From the NCBI GenBank assembly GCA_026388735.1, contig JAPLJG010000009.1, positions 362 through 64,361 of the forward strand: a stretch of 64,000 nucleotides of DNA, given 5' to 3'. Below, in pieces: positions 63,903-64,000 of this stretch. A model generated the notes under the pieces. It was not told the origin of the DNA. It made no database searches and saw only the letters and a program-made list of their open reading frames with translations. The translations under genes and the position numbers were made by a program. This DNA comes from Deltaproteobacteria bacterium. Lineage in GTDB: Bacteria; Desulfobacterota; Desulfobulbia; Desulfobulbales; Desulfurivibrionaceae. Position 1 is the stretch's first letter. Every line of letters begins with the position of its first letter.

Positions 63903-64000
63903 GGCCGGAAAGTGGCGGAACCCAAGAAACGTAACTGTTCAGCAGTGCCGCAGATGCGCGAAAGAGGCCTGCGAGCTATAGTCAATCTATGCGAACAGGC
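63903..64000 (+). repeat. palindromic intergenic repeat, copy C (truncated by window end)
   Basis: GGCCGGAAAG...AAACGTAACTGTTCAGCAGTGCCGCAGATGCGCGAAAGAGGCCTGCGAG... matches the reverse complement of 27061-27160, with only scattered substitutions in the core. Confidence 0.7.

Overview
GC-rich bacterial chromosomal segment (high-50s % GC by eye). I call 61 coding genes, including one unlisted 56-aa ORF and a frameshifted flgN. I recognise no rRNA, tRNA, CRISPR array, transposase or integrase. The hcp-ferredoxin operon with an FNR-type box, the sigma-54 flagellar promoters, the single-domain FlgJ and the membrane polyferredoxin suggest an anaerobic delta-proteobacterium-like (Desulfobacterota) organism, but this is inference only. 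Layout: (1) 0-9.7 kb: transporters (MFS, MntH, APC permease), an SH3 protein, a polyferredoxin, PilZ plus a CheW-like protein, and the prepilin peptidase. (2) 9.8-14.7 kb: TonB-dependent receptor, YfiR(DUF4154) and a hybrid histidine kinase. (3) 15-30 kb: housekeeping genes (mnmG, methyltransferases, uppP, TlpA, hcp operon, plsY, ppiD, polA). (4) 30-44 kb: flagellar late and rod/ring cluster, flgM / fliW-csrA-flgL-flgK-flgN-flgJ(rod-binding)-flgI-flgH-flgA-flgG-flgF-flhB-like. (5) 44-52 kb: sfsA, queC, nagZ, an AT-rich orphan, an HPF-cold-shock fusion, nadA, glmS and a disulfide oxidoreductase. (6) 53-64 kb: gmd, an fcl-like gene and a colD-like gene (predicted GDP-colitose route), bioH-like/bioC/bioD, ArsR plus DUF2892, a SAM hydrolase, YibQ, a polyprenyl synthase and DinG. 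The most unusual observations follow. The hook-filament junction proteins are greatly enlarged (FlgL 1232 aa, FlgK 945 aa) and are built from a repeated module that both proteins share. flgN is split by a frameshift. Two consensus sigma-54 promoters each have an identical 14-mer upstream. A receptor-YfiR-kinase module resembles a rewired YfiBNR system. A palindromic intergenic repeat family occurs at least three times. I see no recognisable defence or mobile system. Most of the window is ordinary core genome.
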